DNA of 64,000 bases, taken from NCBI GenBank assembly GCA_951406725.2, contig OX597829.1:31186001-31250000 (forward strand), read 5' to 3'. The first letter of the stretch is position 1; each line of letters begins with the position of its first letter. The notes under the pieces are model-generated. The model did no database searches. It saw nothing but the letters and a program-made list of their open reading frames with translations, and had not been told where the DNA came from. Below, piece after piece: positions 1 through 12,630 of this stretch. The position numbers were made by a program, and so were the translations under genes. This DNA comes from Octopus vulgaris (lineage: Eukaryota).

Positions 1-195
1 AATGTGTAACCTGCTTCTCTTCTTAGGCACATCATTTCTCAGTTGAACTTCATGTTAGTCATAAGTCCTTCTATTACAATAGTCTCTGTTCTTGAATTGC
101 CGCTCTCTGGAACTCAAAGCCATCTTCTTGTTTTCCTCCTGTCTATGATATTCTGTCCTTTAAACTTTCTATTAATCAACAACTTATGACTTTAC

Positions 196-486
196 AGTTC
201 TATATTTAAGAGATGAGGAATTATGTACATTATTTACATTATTTACGTTCGATGGATATTTGTCCTCATCTTGTTTGTTGTTAACACAATGTTTTGGCTG
301 ATATACTCTCAAGCCTTCTTCAGGTGTCTTGAGGAAATTTCGAACCTGGGTTCTCATTCCTAAGGTATTTTTCGATGTTATTATTATTATTGTTATTGTT
401 CAGGTCACTGCTTGGAATCAAACTCAGAATCTTGGGGTTAGTATCCTGCACCCTTAACCACTACACCATATGCCCTTGGGCATATG
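196..486 (-). mobile_element. tRNA-headed SINE carrying an internal hammerhead-like motif (copy 1)
   Basis: On the minus strand: tRNA-like head with A/B-box-like motifs (~476-403), (AAT)n linker, GACAC-CUGAAGA-A-GGCU...AGCC-AAAA-CAUU-GUGUU, and a 3' tail ending cttaaatatagaactg. Clearly homologous to 56733-57015. Confidence 0.75.
283..328 (-). ncRNA. degenerate minimal type-I hammerhead ribozyme motif
   Basis: Stem I GACAC/GUGUU, core CUGAAGA and stem II GGCU/AGCC are present. GAAA reads AAAA and ACGU reads ACAU, consistent with CpG decay. Confidence 0.6.
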
Positions 487-964
487 AATTTGTAGGCACC
501 TTCCTTTCCTTTCCTTTTTTGTAGTCTCTTTTGCTACAGTGACCCCCAAGCCTTGTTTAGGACAAAATCAATAAAAAAAATAATGCATGGAAGGATACTA
601 GCTGCTCTTGGTAAATGATTAATGTTCATCAACCAACTGAAGGAGGAGAATATGTGGTAGAAATTGAAGAATCTCTAATATTGCAAAAAAGGAGAAAAAA
701 ATGTTCTTATATAGTTGCTCAGTACTGAGTATTCGTGATACTTCATACAAGCCCAAAACTAGGTTATTTCCTGCAAGTTCCTAATCAGTTTGTGAATAAA
801 TATATAATGCAGGCTTTATTTCATTCATATATTCATGCTATATTTAAGGTTTTATTGTTTTTATGTGGGAGCAATATTAATCATTGTTATAATGGAATCC
901 GAGATATTCAGAATATTAAGGGAATTAATAATAATTTACTATTGACTAGAATTTAAAAAATTTT

Positions 965-1595
965 TTATGAAGCAGGTGTTTTGCCACATTATTGAACAAA
1001 AGCTTCTAACATAGAATTATAACAAAATTTATTTACATGAAAGAAAGTTACCAGAGAACTTTCTTCTAATTCTTCCAAATCTTTCTGCTCCTTCCTACAT
1101 CCTGAATGCTGTAGCGAAAGGGAGGGTCACTGCTTATATAACTGAACGAAACAAAATTCTTAAGTACTGGGACTTGTCAGTGAATCATTTCTTCCAGCCT
1201 GTGGCAGTTGAAAAGTTTAGAGGGATTAAGTCACTAGCCACAAAGTTCTTGTCATCATTGGCAGCTCACATCACCGATCTGTCAGGTGATGTCCATGAGG
1301 GTGCTAGGCTGTTTGAATGCCTTAGCCTCACCGTCACCCATGGTAATGCTGTGAGTGTGCTGGCTAGCTTCAGTAGGTTCCGTTGAACTTTGTGGTGTAT
1401 GTGACCAGTTGAAGCATTTGGTACTGCATTGCAGGTGATTTTTTGTTTTTTTCCTTTTTCTTCCCCACAAATGGTTTCAAAGCAGTTTTAGCAGAAAGAT
1501 TTGGAAGAATTAAAAGAAAGTTTTCCAATAATTTTCTTTCATGTAAATAAATGTTTTATGTTAATTGATTAGAATTATTTAGAACAACACCCTGA
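965..1595. mobile_element. palindromic MITE-like element with ~120 bp inverted arms enclosing a CRE fragment
   Basis: atttatttacatgaaagaaa...ttcttccaaatctttctgct (~1027-1089) is the reverse complement of agcagaaagatttggaagaa...tttctttcatgtaaataaat (~1490-1552). The outer ends are cag(g)gtg-like. Confidence 0.55.
1105..1390 (+). pseudogene. CRE-clade non-LTR retrotransposon 3' fragment (restriction-like endonuclease C-terminus)
   Basis: The translation K..KY...FQPVAVE..G....A.KFL..L...I...SGD..E...LF..LSL.V..GNA.SVL matches the conserved C-terminus of CRE/MoTeR-type RLE elements. Confidence 0.75.
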
Positions 1596-1629
1596 AATTT
1601 TCAGTGCATTGTTGCAGGTAGTCATATCT

Positions 1630-1849
1630 CTCTTTTACTCTTTTACTTGTTTCAGTCGTTTGGCTGTGGCCATGCTGGAGCACCGCCTTTAGTCGAGCAA
1701 ATCGAGCCCAGGACTTATTCTTTATGAGTAGTACTTATTCTATCGGTCTCTTTTGCCGAACCACTAAGTTACAGGGACGTAAACACACCAGCATCGGTTG
1801 TCAAGTGATGTTGGAGGGGACAAACACAGACACACAAACATATACACAC

Positions 1850-1892
<43 letters not shown>

Positions 1893-2050
1893 TACAATGG
1901 GCTTCTTTCAGTTTCCATCTACCAAATCCACTCACAAGGTTTTGGTCAGCCTGAGGCTATAGTAGAAAACACTTGCCCAAGGTGCCACGCAGTGGGACTG
2001 AACCCAGAACCATGTGATTCGTAAGCAAGCTACTTACCACACAGCCACTC
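1630..2050 (-). mobile_element. Octopus major tRNA-derived SINE with an internal (TA/CA)n
   Basis: Consensus ggagtggctgtgtggtaagtagcttgc...cagtcaaatgactgaaacaagtaaaagag. Further copies at about 2578-2980(-), 4289-4732(+), 6690-6800(+), 15470-15780(-), 16800-17010(+), 19100-19425(-), 22957-23353(+), 24350-24719(+), 35016-35405(-), 41379-41808(+), 53200-53540(+), 58640-58850(-) and 62470-62635(-). Confidence 0.9.
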
Positions 2051-2063
2051 CAACACCTATGTA

Positions 2064-2102
<39 letters not shown>

Positions 2103-2780
2103 TGATATATAACCTGCATGCAATCAGATATAAGTCCTTGATTATTAGAATCAAATAGCAAACTGTCCCACCAAACTTCATCTATCCTTTAACTGGAGTT
2201 TCAACAAACCATATAGATATGTTTTGGTTGCTAATAAAGTGGCATCTGATATATGTAGATGCTTCTCAAGATCAACTGCTGTTATTGTCACTAGCATGGA
2301 ATGAAAACTTGTCCTGTTCTACTGTTTGGGACATATCATGCATTATATATAAAAAAAACATATTTCTTTTGCAACACTTAAGTCATATTCTTCACAGTGA
2401 ACTCCAATACTATTTGATATATTGTCTTAAATCCTTAAAAATGTTTTAGGCCAAAGGCCACGGCCATGCTGGGGCACCACCACTGTCTAGGGATGTAATA
2501 CTAATTTTTTTCTCAATATGTCTGTCTGTCCATCTCGGCTTTTGCCCCTCTCTTTATCTCTCTCATATATATATGTATTCTTTTATTTGCTTCAGTCATT
2601 TGACTGTGGCCATGCTGGAGCACCAACTTTAGTTGAACAAATCAACCCTAGGACTTATTCTTTGTAAGCCTAGTACTTATTCTATCGGTCTCCTTTGCCA
2701 AACCACTAAGTTATGGGGATGTAAACACACCAACATTGGTTGTTGAGCGATGGTGGGGGGACAAACACAGACACACAAAC

Positions 2781-2831
<51 letters not shown>

Positions 2832-3805
2832 TATATATACGAAAGACTTCTTTCAGTTTCCGTCTACCAAATTCACTCACAAGGCTTTGGTTGGCCCGAG
2901 GCTATATTAGAAGACACTTACCATGCAGTGGAACTGAACCTGGAACTATGTGGTTGGTAAGCAAGCTACTTACCACACCGCCACATATATTATATATATA
3001 TGTGCCTCCAAGAACACAACATGCAACCCGGTCCAGGAATCAAACTCTTTACCTCATGATTGTGAGCCTGACACTCTAACCACTGAGCCATGCACCTTCA
3101 CACATATATATTATTATATATATTATTATGTAAAACAGCTTAACTTGCCTCCCTGCTACTTAAAGTTTCACGGGCATCATAAATACTTACATATTCATAT
3201 GTGTATACAGCAGGTTCTAATGCATATTTATTCACACATATACACACAGCCACCATACAACTGACATACATGCAGCTGATATGCACAGCTGACACATACA
3301 TCCACATATTCACACACACGAGTACTCATACATGGCTGACAAGTACCCTCACACACGTGTACATGCAACCTAGCAAACATGCACAAAAAGATCTGATGCC
3401 TTCAACTCTCACTCATACACTGGCTTACACATGTGCACCCCCTAACCATACACACGGATAACAGATACAAACGCATAGAAATCAGAGGCATCTACACACT
3501 CATACATCAGGTATACACATACACATACACACCCTTGCCCTCAAGTCTCATCAGACACCAAGGCACCACCAGCTTCCTGTTCAACCATGTGGTCCAAGAA
3601 ATTTCCCTTTTAAATGCATCTAGAGTCACTTGAACGTTGATCTTACTTCTAACAACACCATGTGACCCAATTTGCAATAGCCAACTTGGTCTTCCTGCAT
3701 GGAGCCAAATCAAACTGTTTTAAATAATGATATATTTAATTCTTGCTAAACGTATTGCGTACCTCTTTCTTTCCCATATACTCACCCATATATATATGTG
3801 TGTAT

Positions 3806-3859
<54 letters not shown>

Positions 3860-3879
3860 CCTCCTCATCACCATCATCG

Positions 3880-4160
3880 TCAAGAGATAGTGACTTTGAT
3901 TCCCGGGCTGGGATGTGTGTTGTGTTCTTGAGCAAAGTACTTTATTTTACATTGTTCCAGTAAGCTCAGCTGTAGAAACGAGTTGTGATGTCACTGGTGC
4001 CAAGCTGTATTGGCTTTTGCCTTTCCCTTGGATAACACTGGTGGAGTGGAGAGGGGAGATGGTATGCATGGGCAACTGCTGGTCTCCCATAAACAAACTT
4101 GCCTGGACTTGTGTCTTGGAGGGGAACTTTCTAGGTGCAATCCCATGGTCATTCATGACC
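3880..4160 (+). mobile_element. tRNA-derived SINE fragment (different family)
   Basis: B-box-like ttgattcccgg followed by gtgttgtgttcttgagcaaagtactttattt...gttccagt, a SINE central-domain-like sequence. Confidence 0.55.
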
Positions 4161-4237
4161 TTCACTTTTATTAATATTTAGCAGAAGTAACAGAGGGGCT
4201 CATGGTCTGAGAGTTTCAAGCATTGGCACTTGTCAAA

Positions 4238-4291
<54 letters not shown>

Positions 4292-7200
4292 TATAGGAGT
4301 GGCTGTGTGGTAAGTAGCTTGCTTACAAAACACATGGTTCCAGGTTGAGTCCCACTGCGTGGCACCTTGGGCAAGTGTCTTCTACTATAGCCTCAGACCG
4401 ACCAAAGCCTTGTGAGTGGATTTGGTAGACGGAAACTGAAAGAAGCCCCTCGTATATATATATATATATAGATATAGATATATAGATATATATGTATATG
4501 TATGTATGTATGTGTGTGTATACAATTGTGTATCTGTGTTTGTCCCCACCAACATCGCATGACAACTGATACTGGTGTGTTTACGTTCCCATAACTTAGC
4601 AGTTCAGCAAAAAGAGACTGATACAATAAGTACTAGGCTTACAAAGAATAAGTCCTGGGGTCGATTTGCTTGACTAAAGGCGGTGCTCCAGCATGGCCAC
4701 AGTCAAATGACTGAAACAAGTAAATGAGAGTAAATATATTGTCATTATCATCATTTTTTATATCTATCATCCATTCTCCATGATAGCAGTAGTTAGGTAA
4801 ATTCTCTATAGCTGGATACTCTTCTCATTGCTGTGTCTGTGTGTATGTGTGTGTGTGTGTATGTGTGCTTGCATTATGCAAGATTCTTGATAAGAAGTCA
4901 TATGTTGAACAGATGTTGTTATATCTTGGTATGATCATTTTGCCAATTGAAAAGAAACATACTTTCATTATTATTGCTAGTCAACAAGTTAACTAAATTA
5001 ACTGATTAATTATTCAATTTTCTGATTAATTCTCCAATCAGTCAATCAATCTGTTCATTTGCCAGAGTATCTTCATTCCGATTCATGAACAAGTTCTTCG
5101 GTGCAATGACCTTTATTACTCCAGATCCGTCTTCTTGTCTCCAAAAGGGATCTCTTGACCTTTGTTACTGTATGTATATATTTTGGAATATGTGTGAGTG
5201 TGTATATGTATTGGAGTGAGTGGTAGGTGTGATGGTCATATGCAGTTTGTTAGTGTCTGGTGACCAGACTCTGTATGTATGAGTGTTTTGGTGTATGTGT
5301 GTGTGTATGTGTGTGTGTGTGTGTGTGTGTAGTATGAGCCCAAGAAACATATACATGTCCACAGGAAAAAATGTGTCACAAAAACATCATAGGAAAACTG
5401 TAAAAGAAATGACTGATTTAATTATTTTATTTGTTATATATAAGACATTGAACAAAACAGGATTTTTTTTCACATATGTGAAACTATTGTTATTACGAAC
5501 AGGTTACGTATTTTTTATTATTATAATTTTATTGTTAAACATAGCAAAAGAAAAACAAATTCCACACCTTCTATTGACCAGCTTATTTTTTTTTTATGTT
5601 CATGATTAAGTTAGCAAAAGTAATGCTGTGAAGAACAACTAGCAATATCTGCTACATCTGTCACTTTATCCCATGGATTTTTTTCTCAAGTCTCAGCAGT
5701 GAATGATATGAATCTATCTATTAATAGTTGACATCTGCTCTTCTGCTTTGCAGACAACAGCTCCTGATTTTATGACCAAAAGGAAAATACTGGCACTGAA
5801 GGCTATTACAAAACATTGTGTTGGTGTTTTAAATGAGTGATATGCACATTCCATGAACCTGACACCCACTGTTGCTGTGATCTACACTAACAGACTCCAG
5901 CTGTAATGAGAAACTGCCAGCCTTAAGGTTCCTTTTAATAACAACATTTATTGCCATGAATTGAAGCAAATGTCCCCACTGTAACAAGAGAGTAGGCGCT
6001 GTCCAAATTTGTAGATAGTAGCTCTGCATTGGCACTTTTGTGGCTCACTCATGGAGATCAAGGCATAGGCAACTCCAATGTTTGTACACTCATCTCTAAA
6101 AAGGATGTGTTAGACAAAGAGAGCATCATACTTCACCAAGTGCTGCTACTTGGCCGTGAAGCAGTCAAGTGGAAAACAAAATCATGTTGGTCCAGGTATA
6201 ACTGGTTACATGTCCTGGTGGAATACATATGATACTGTTTCAGCTGCATTGAGTTTGTGATGCAAAAGGAAGGATGCATCATGAACTCAGACAGCTCTGC
6301 TCTCCTGTAACTATGATCAATATTAGGCACAGATATATAGTACAGAACCTTCTGGATGAATATGTGCTGAAAATGATTGAGGAAAGATAGCTATGAATGC
6401 TAAATCAGACATTAAACAGAAGTCAAGATTGTTGAACCTCACAGTTGTGGCAGTCGGTGTTGAAAATGTCATTGCAGGTGAATCTCATGCACAAACAACC
6501 AGTGGCAACAAGTTCATTGAGCTGTCCTAAATAGAAATAGCATTGTTGACTGACTCACCACTTTTTATTTATGACCACGAGCAACTTGGGCCTATATGTT
6601 GTTGGAGTTGGTATGTATCCATAGTCTAGATCTCTTTTAAAAGTTGGTATTTAGACATTAAAGAATATTTTCAATGATGAAATCTAGTATGTACTGTGTG
6701 GCACCTTGGGCAAGTGTCTTCTACTATAGCATCGTGCCGACCAAAGCCTTGTGAGTGGATTTGGTAGATGGAAACTGAAAGAAGCCCATCGTATATATGT
6801 GTATATATATATGTATAAATTATAAAAAATAATCACTATTCATATTATTAAATTTAATTTCAAATCAAATAATTATATAATATTTTAATAATAACTAAAT
6901 TATCAATGAATATATACATATGTATATAAATATAAGAATTAAGATCTAAAATTATCTCTATCAAAAAATATATATGCACTTATAATAAAAACCTAATAAA
7001 TAGATTAATTATTCATAATTACTTATGAAATATATTAAAAATTAAAAGATTAAAGATGAAAAAGCAAATTGTAAACAAACTATCTTAAAAGAACGCTATA
7101 ACTAATTAACGATCCATATATCTCGCTGGCTAATTAATAACTTATAAAAACTGTATAGTTAAGAACTAAAATGAAATAATGAAATACATACCTTCAACAA

Positions 7201-7611
7201 CTAAATACTTAATGAAATTATCAATCCGTAGTTATATAGTATCCAATAAATACTACTAATATATTTATCAATGAAAATACTACTACAAATTATTAATTGA
7301 AAATAGCAATATATAAGTTATAATAGACGAAGTCAACTATTAGAGATATTTATGAATATACAAAATAGCTTAAAAAAAATAAACTCACAAATATCCTTAA
7401 CTCAGTTATAGTCCAAAAATTTAATTACCAAATTAATTAACTAAAAAATATTATTCATATATTAGATTTAAGTACACATCTAACAATTATAAAAGATTTA
7501 AAATAATAACTAAATAACTATCAACAAATATAGTTAATAAAGACTAAAATTTATGCTATCAATAAATGGAAATACATGAAACCTAACTTTAAAAAAACTT
7601 GTATTACTATT

Positions 7612-7900
7612 AATCATCATCATCATCGTTTAACGTCCGTTCTCCATGCTAGCATGGGTTGGACGGTTCGACCGGGGATCTGGGAAGCCAGAAGGCTGCA
7701 CCAGGCTCCAGTCTTATCTGGCAATGTTTCTACAGCTGGATGCCCTTCCTAATGCCAACCACTCCGTGAGTGTAGTGGGTGCTTTTTAAGTGCCACCTGC
7801 ACAGGTGCCAGGCAAGGCTGGCAATGGCCACGGTCGGATTGTTGTATTTTACGTGCCAGTCAATGCGGCGCTGGCATCGGCCACGAGTCGGATAGTGCTC
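7612..7900 (-). mobile_element. RTE-LINE 3' tail or RTE-tail-derived short element ending in (GAT)n
   Basis: catcatcgtttaacgtccg...ggatgcccttcctaatgccaaccac. The same tail is attached to RTE coding sequence at 61045-62066 and 62840-63797. Other copies at about 8750-8940, 11530-12190, 13143-13860, 18040-19100, 21550-21725, 45905-46560, 57088-57656 and 63817-64000. Confidence 0.8.
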
Positions 7901-9610
7901 TATATATCTTTTTGGCTAAGTAAAGTCTTACAAATAAACGTAGAGTTAAAATCTAATAACTATATAAATCACTCCGATAACTAAATCATTACATAACATT
8001 CAGTATTTATATAAAATACAAAATTATACAAGAAGACTTATCAAAATATTTAAATTTTAAAATTTAAAAGTCTTAAATATAAATATATACTTAGCTTTGC
8101 AAGGTTTTGTGATGAACTTATATATTATATATATAACATATATATATGTAAGTATATATATATCTATATAATATATAAATATATATATGTATGTATATAT
8201 ATATCTATATAATATATAAATATATATATGTATGTATATATGTATCTATATAATATATAAATATATATATGTATATATATATCTATATAATATATAAATA
8301 TATATATGTATGTATATATATATATATATATACATACATATATATATATACATATACATGTATATATATATATATGTAAATATACACATGCATATATGGG
8401 TACAGGATGTCACCAACAGTGCAAATAACATGAAATACGTAAACACTGAGAAAAAAATGGAAAACAGGACAAGTAAACACAGAGAAAGGACCCTTAATTA
8501 GTTATTGGCTGCCTACTCCTCATTTCAGTCATTCAATGACAATATGAGTCTTCAAAGACAGTTGCTCCCATATATTCTAAAATAAAATTTAGTGTTTTAT
8601 GGAGTGTCAAAATTGGGAACAAAAAAGTAACAGTGGAGACATACAAGGAAACCGAATGAAAACAATCATGGAGGGTCGTTAGACCAGAATGAGAGGAAAA
8701 TAGTAAACACTGGGAGAAACACTTTCTTGCAAGTGAGCCAGCAACCTTACTGGTGCTTGTGGCATGAAAAAGCACCCAGCATTCTCTGTAAAGTGGTTGG
8801 TGTTAGGAAGAGCATCTAGCTGTAGAAATCATGCCAAAGCTGACACTGGACCTCAACTAAGCCTTACAACTTGCCAGATCCTGTCAAACCATCCAACCTA
8901 TGTTTATATGGAAAGTGATTGTTAAATGATGATGATGATGGGTTGCTAAGAATCCTTGTTTCTGAGCAGTGTTGAAATGTTGACTCTCCTTTCAGCTTTC
9001 TCCTTTCACTGACACAACCACTTCAACAGAAATAAGCATTGATAAAAATAAAAAAAACAGTATATGTAATCTCTATAAAATAATAGCCGATAAAAGTGTT
9101 GGTTGGTTGGTTGGTTGATTCTTTCAGTCACACTTTACATCATATAGAGAAAGAGAGAGAGAGAGTAAATGGAGATATAGAGTGAGTTAACACAAGAGGT
9201 ACAAGATGAATGAAATACCAGGCTTGGTGGCAGACTAGAAGTGAATGAACACCACGTGCACACGCACATACAAAATGTGAGAGACTCGCAGAGGCAGAGG
9301 AAAAGGAGAGAGGGAGAAATTTCCGTAATATAAAATTAACACAGAGAGTAGTTTAAATTCCTACTTTTTTGTTTTACACTTTTTGGATATTCTTTTATTG
9401 AATTATTTAATGTAATAAATATTTTTATTTTGAAAATTAGTATTCATTTCATCATTTTTATAAGTACCAAGAAAATTGATAAAAGTCGAATTATTGTATG
9501 TATGTTATATTACCTGATATTTCTTGAAGGTGGCAAAAGGATATGTCAAAGGTACCACTCGTATAATGGGTATCACTCATAATATAAACACAATAATTTT
9601 GTAGGAGTAA

Positions 9611-10172
9611 TACAGGGTACTTCAAAAATGACACACCATAAAGTTAAAACTATAGAATTTGTGAATTTGATTTCAAAATATTAGTCAGCAAACAAAATTA
9701 TATTCAAGGTCAATGATATGTAGTAGTGAAAGGACCACTGTTGAGCATTCGCATCATTCAAACTTCCATTGAAATGTGTTGTGTCAGCTGTGATATTTTC
9801 CAAAGACAGATGTGTGTTTATTGTTGAATGGGTGGAAATGAAGCTGCAACCAGGTTAAAGAGAATGACAAAGTGACACAAATGACAAAAAATATATAAGC
9901 TGATTACACAAACATTTTAATAACTATAAATACTCAGACATCAAACATTCAACAATAGATATGCTTTCGTCATTGAAGAGTGCCATAACTGACAAGAGAC
10001 ACTTGAATTGACACTTGAACAATACCAGCACAGAATACTATTACTTACACCTCAACATTCTGTTGAGCTTCAGCTCAGTGTAACTGGCTAATGTTTTTTA
10101 GTATCAAGTTCACATGAACATACATTCTATTTTCTTAACCTTACAGATGCCTTCTTTTCCAAACACCCTGTA
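9611..10172. mobile_element. degraded Tc1/mariner-derived MITE
   Basis: The left end tacagggtacttcaaaaa and the right end (rc) tacagggtgtttggaaaa form imperfect TIRs beginning TA-CAGGGT. Confidence 0.4.
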
Positions 10173-10319
10173 TAACTAACTGGTGATACTTTCAAACTTT
10201 TAAGAGTATTATCCCCAGTTGCTGATACACATTTGTGATAAAAGCTGATCACTGAATAAAATCCATCATCATCATCACCATCACCATCACCATCACCATC
10301 ATGATTATTATTATTATTA

Positions 10320-10525
10320 AGGTGGTGGGCTGATAGAATCATTAGCATGCTGGACAAAATGCTTAGTGGTATTTCACCCATTGCTCCGCTCTGAATTCAA
10401 ATTCTGCTGAGGTCAACTTAGCCTATAATCCTTTTGGGGTTGATAAAACCAGTTGGACACTGGGGTCAATGAAATCAACTCATCACATCCCCAAAATGGC
10501 TGCCCTTGTGGCAAAATTTGAAACT
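10320..10525 (+). mobile_element. CORE-type tRNA SINE (second Octopus family)
   Basis: ggtgg..gctg..agaatcattagc...ctgagttcaaattc...ggtcaactttgcctttcatcc. Other copies at about 10605-10790, 17030-17215, 21175-21290, 22440-22725, 27395-27570(-) and 32915-33145. Confidence 0.75.
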
Positions 10526-10789
10526 ATTATTATCATTCTTCTTCTTCTTCTTCTTCTTATTATTATTATGGTAATGATGATGATGTTGATAGTGTCTCCC
10601 CTTTAAGGTGGTAAGCTAGCAGAATCAGGAACACATCTAAGAAAATGCTTTAGTGGCATTTCTTCTAACTCTTTTACTTTCTCAGTTCAAATTCAGTCAA
10701 GGTCAGCTTTGCCTTTCGTCCTTTCTGGATTGCTAAAATAATTACCGCTCAATTACTGGAGTTGCTCTAATCAGCTAGTTTGCTGTCAC

Positions 10790-11341
10790 TTAAAGCACGT
10801 GGAACCCATGCACCATACTTCTGAACTTTTCCCATCGAATGAAGATGCTTCTCTATAGCAGTGTGGGAGCATTCCATTTTCTCTGCCAGTTCCCTTGTCG
10901 TTTGATGAGAATTTTCGTGCAAAAGTTGGTTTAATTGCTTTTCATTGAACTCAACTGGACGGCCAGAACGAGGTGCGTCTTTAAGGTCAAAATTTCCATT
11001 TTTGAACTTGGCATACCAATCACGAGCAGTTCTTTCAGCTATGGCACCCTCTCCATACACAGCACAAATGTCACCAGCAGCTTTTGCAGCCTTAGAACCT
11101 TGATTAAAAGCAAAAAGAAGGAGGTGTCGAAAATGCTCGTTTTTCTTAACTTGACATTCCATTTTAATGATCTGAAAATAAACAAAAATTAGTTAAAATT
11201 AAGTAGAATAAAAAAAAACAAAATAGATTTCAAAATGACTCAAAAATAGAATTCTTGAAAAAAATAGATTCCAAAATTTAAAAACGCAATAAATTCCAAA
11301 ATTAAAAAAAACAGTGGGAACTTAAGTTACAAACCCAATAT
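10790..11341 (-). mobile_element. mariner (Tc1/mariner) transposon 5' part with a transposase N-terminal HTH remnant
   Basis: ORF 10767..11162 reads HFRHLLLFAFNQG...TARDWYAKFKNGNFDLKDAPRSGRP...GAWVPRAL, containing the mariner GRP and WVP motifs. TIR-like TA-ttgggtt at ~11341. The 3' part is lost. Confidence 0.9.
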
Positions 11342-11423
11342 ATACACACACATGCATACATATATATATAGATAGATATACATGTATGTATATACACACA
11401 CACTTTCTTGTATCTCTCTCTCT

Positions 11424-11496
<73 letters not shown>

Positions 11497-12190
11497 GTGT
11501 GTGTGTGTCTATATATATATATATAATCCTCATCATCATTGTTTAACGTCCGTTTTCCATGCTGACATGGGTTGCACAGTTTGACTGAGGACAGGCAAGC
11601 CAGTAGGCTGCACCAGGCTCCAATCTTATCTGGCAAGGTTTCTACAACTGGATGCCCTTCCTAATGCCAACCACTTCAAGAGTGTAGCATGTGCTTTTAT
11701 GTGTCACCGGCATGGGAGCCAGTCAGGTGGCACTGGCATCAACTACATTTGGATGGTGCTTTTTACATGCAAGCAGCACAGGAGCCAGTCGAGGGCACTC
11801 TGGCATTAACCACATTTGAATGATGCATTTTTACGTGTCGCCAGCACAGGGAGCTAGTCAGGTGGCACTAGCAGTGACTCACACTTGAATGGTGATCACT
11901 ATGTACCATGAGCACGTGTGTCAATCAGACAGCACTGGAATCAACCACGACTATGATTCCACTTGACTCAACAGGTCTTCTCAAGCACAGCGTGTTGCCC
12001 GGCAATTCAAATGTACTTATAAAGAGCTGGTTATGCAACAATGCTGCGATCTCACTTTACTTGCTGGGTCTTCTCAATCACAGCATATCTCCAAAGGTCT
12101 TGGTCTCTTGTCATTGCCTCTGTGAGGTACAACATCTGAAGGTCATGCTTCGCCATTTCATCCCATGTCTTCCTGAGTCTACCTCTTCCA

Positions 12191-12242
<52 letters not shown>

Positions 12243-12293
12243 TAGTAAATTTTCATATATTCCATCTTCCATTTGCCACATATATATGTGCTT

Positions 12294-12613
12294 GCATAGC
12301 AAATGACCTGATCTGAGATCGTGTGCTAGGACAAAAACAATTGCAGCGTAGAAGGTGCTTATAAGCCATATAAGACAAAAACCGTTAGATTCACTTCAAC
12401 ATTTAAATTTAATTTGCCGAAATATTTTCATTGCTTTGAGGCCATAACCTGTTCACTGACAAAATTCCTTGCAGCATGGAATTTTGTCAGTGAACAGGTC
12501 GCGGTCTCAAAGTGACGAAAATATTTCGACAAATTAAATTTAAATGTTGAAGTGAATCTAACGGTTTTTGTGTTTCTTAAATGGCTTATAAACACCTTCC
12601 ATGCTGCAATTGT
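12294..12613. repeat. asymmetric palindrome (~135 bp arms) of a PLE-like terminal repeat
   Basis: 12337-12468 is the reverse complement of 12478-12613. The left arm has a ~45 nt extension. Flanked by (TA)n. Confidence 0.85.
12483..12533 (+). ncRNA. type-I hammerhead-like motif with a G3:C8 swapped core (GUGAACA)
   Basis: UUUGUC-A-GUGAACA-G-GUCGC-(9 nt loop)-GUGAC-GAA-AAUAUU-U-C-GACAAA. The mirror copy on the minus strand (~12413-12463) keeps GUGAACA. Confidence 0.6.
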
Positions 12614-12630
12614 ATATATATATATATATT

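Noticed and set aside
5065-5169. Possible plus-strand exon (ccag|...|gtatgt) with one open frame
   Set aside because: The peptide is unrecognisable and the donor lies at a microsatellite edge. The minus strand looks more like a truncated PLE UTR with a partial HHR (CCGAAGA plus a hairpin).
8509-8561. Hammerhead-like UUGAAGA...GAAA on the minus strand
   Set aside because: Stem II is offset from the core and stem III does not pair, so it is too degenerate to call.
11690-11960. CRISPR-like ~60-bp periodic repeats (also 18200-18460, 46070-46340, 61640-61900, 63300-63640)
   Set aside because: The whole unit is repeated with no unique spacers, it lies in RTE 3' UTRs, there are no cas genes, and the context is eukaryotic.
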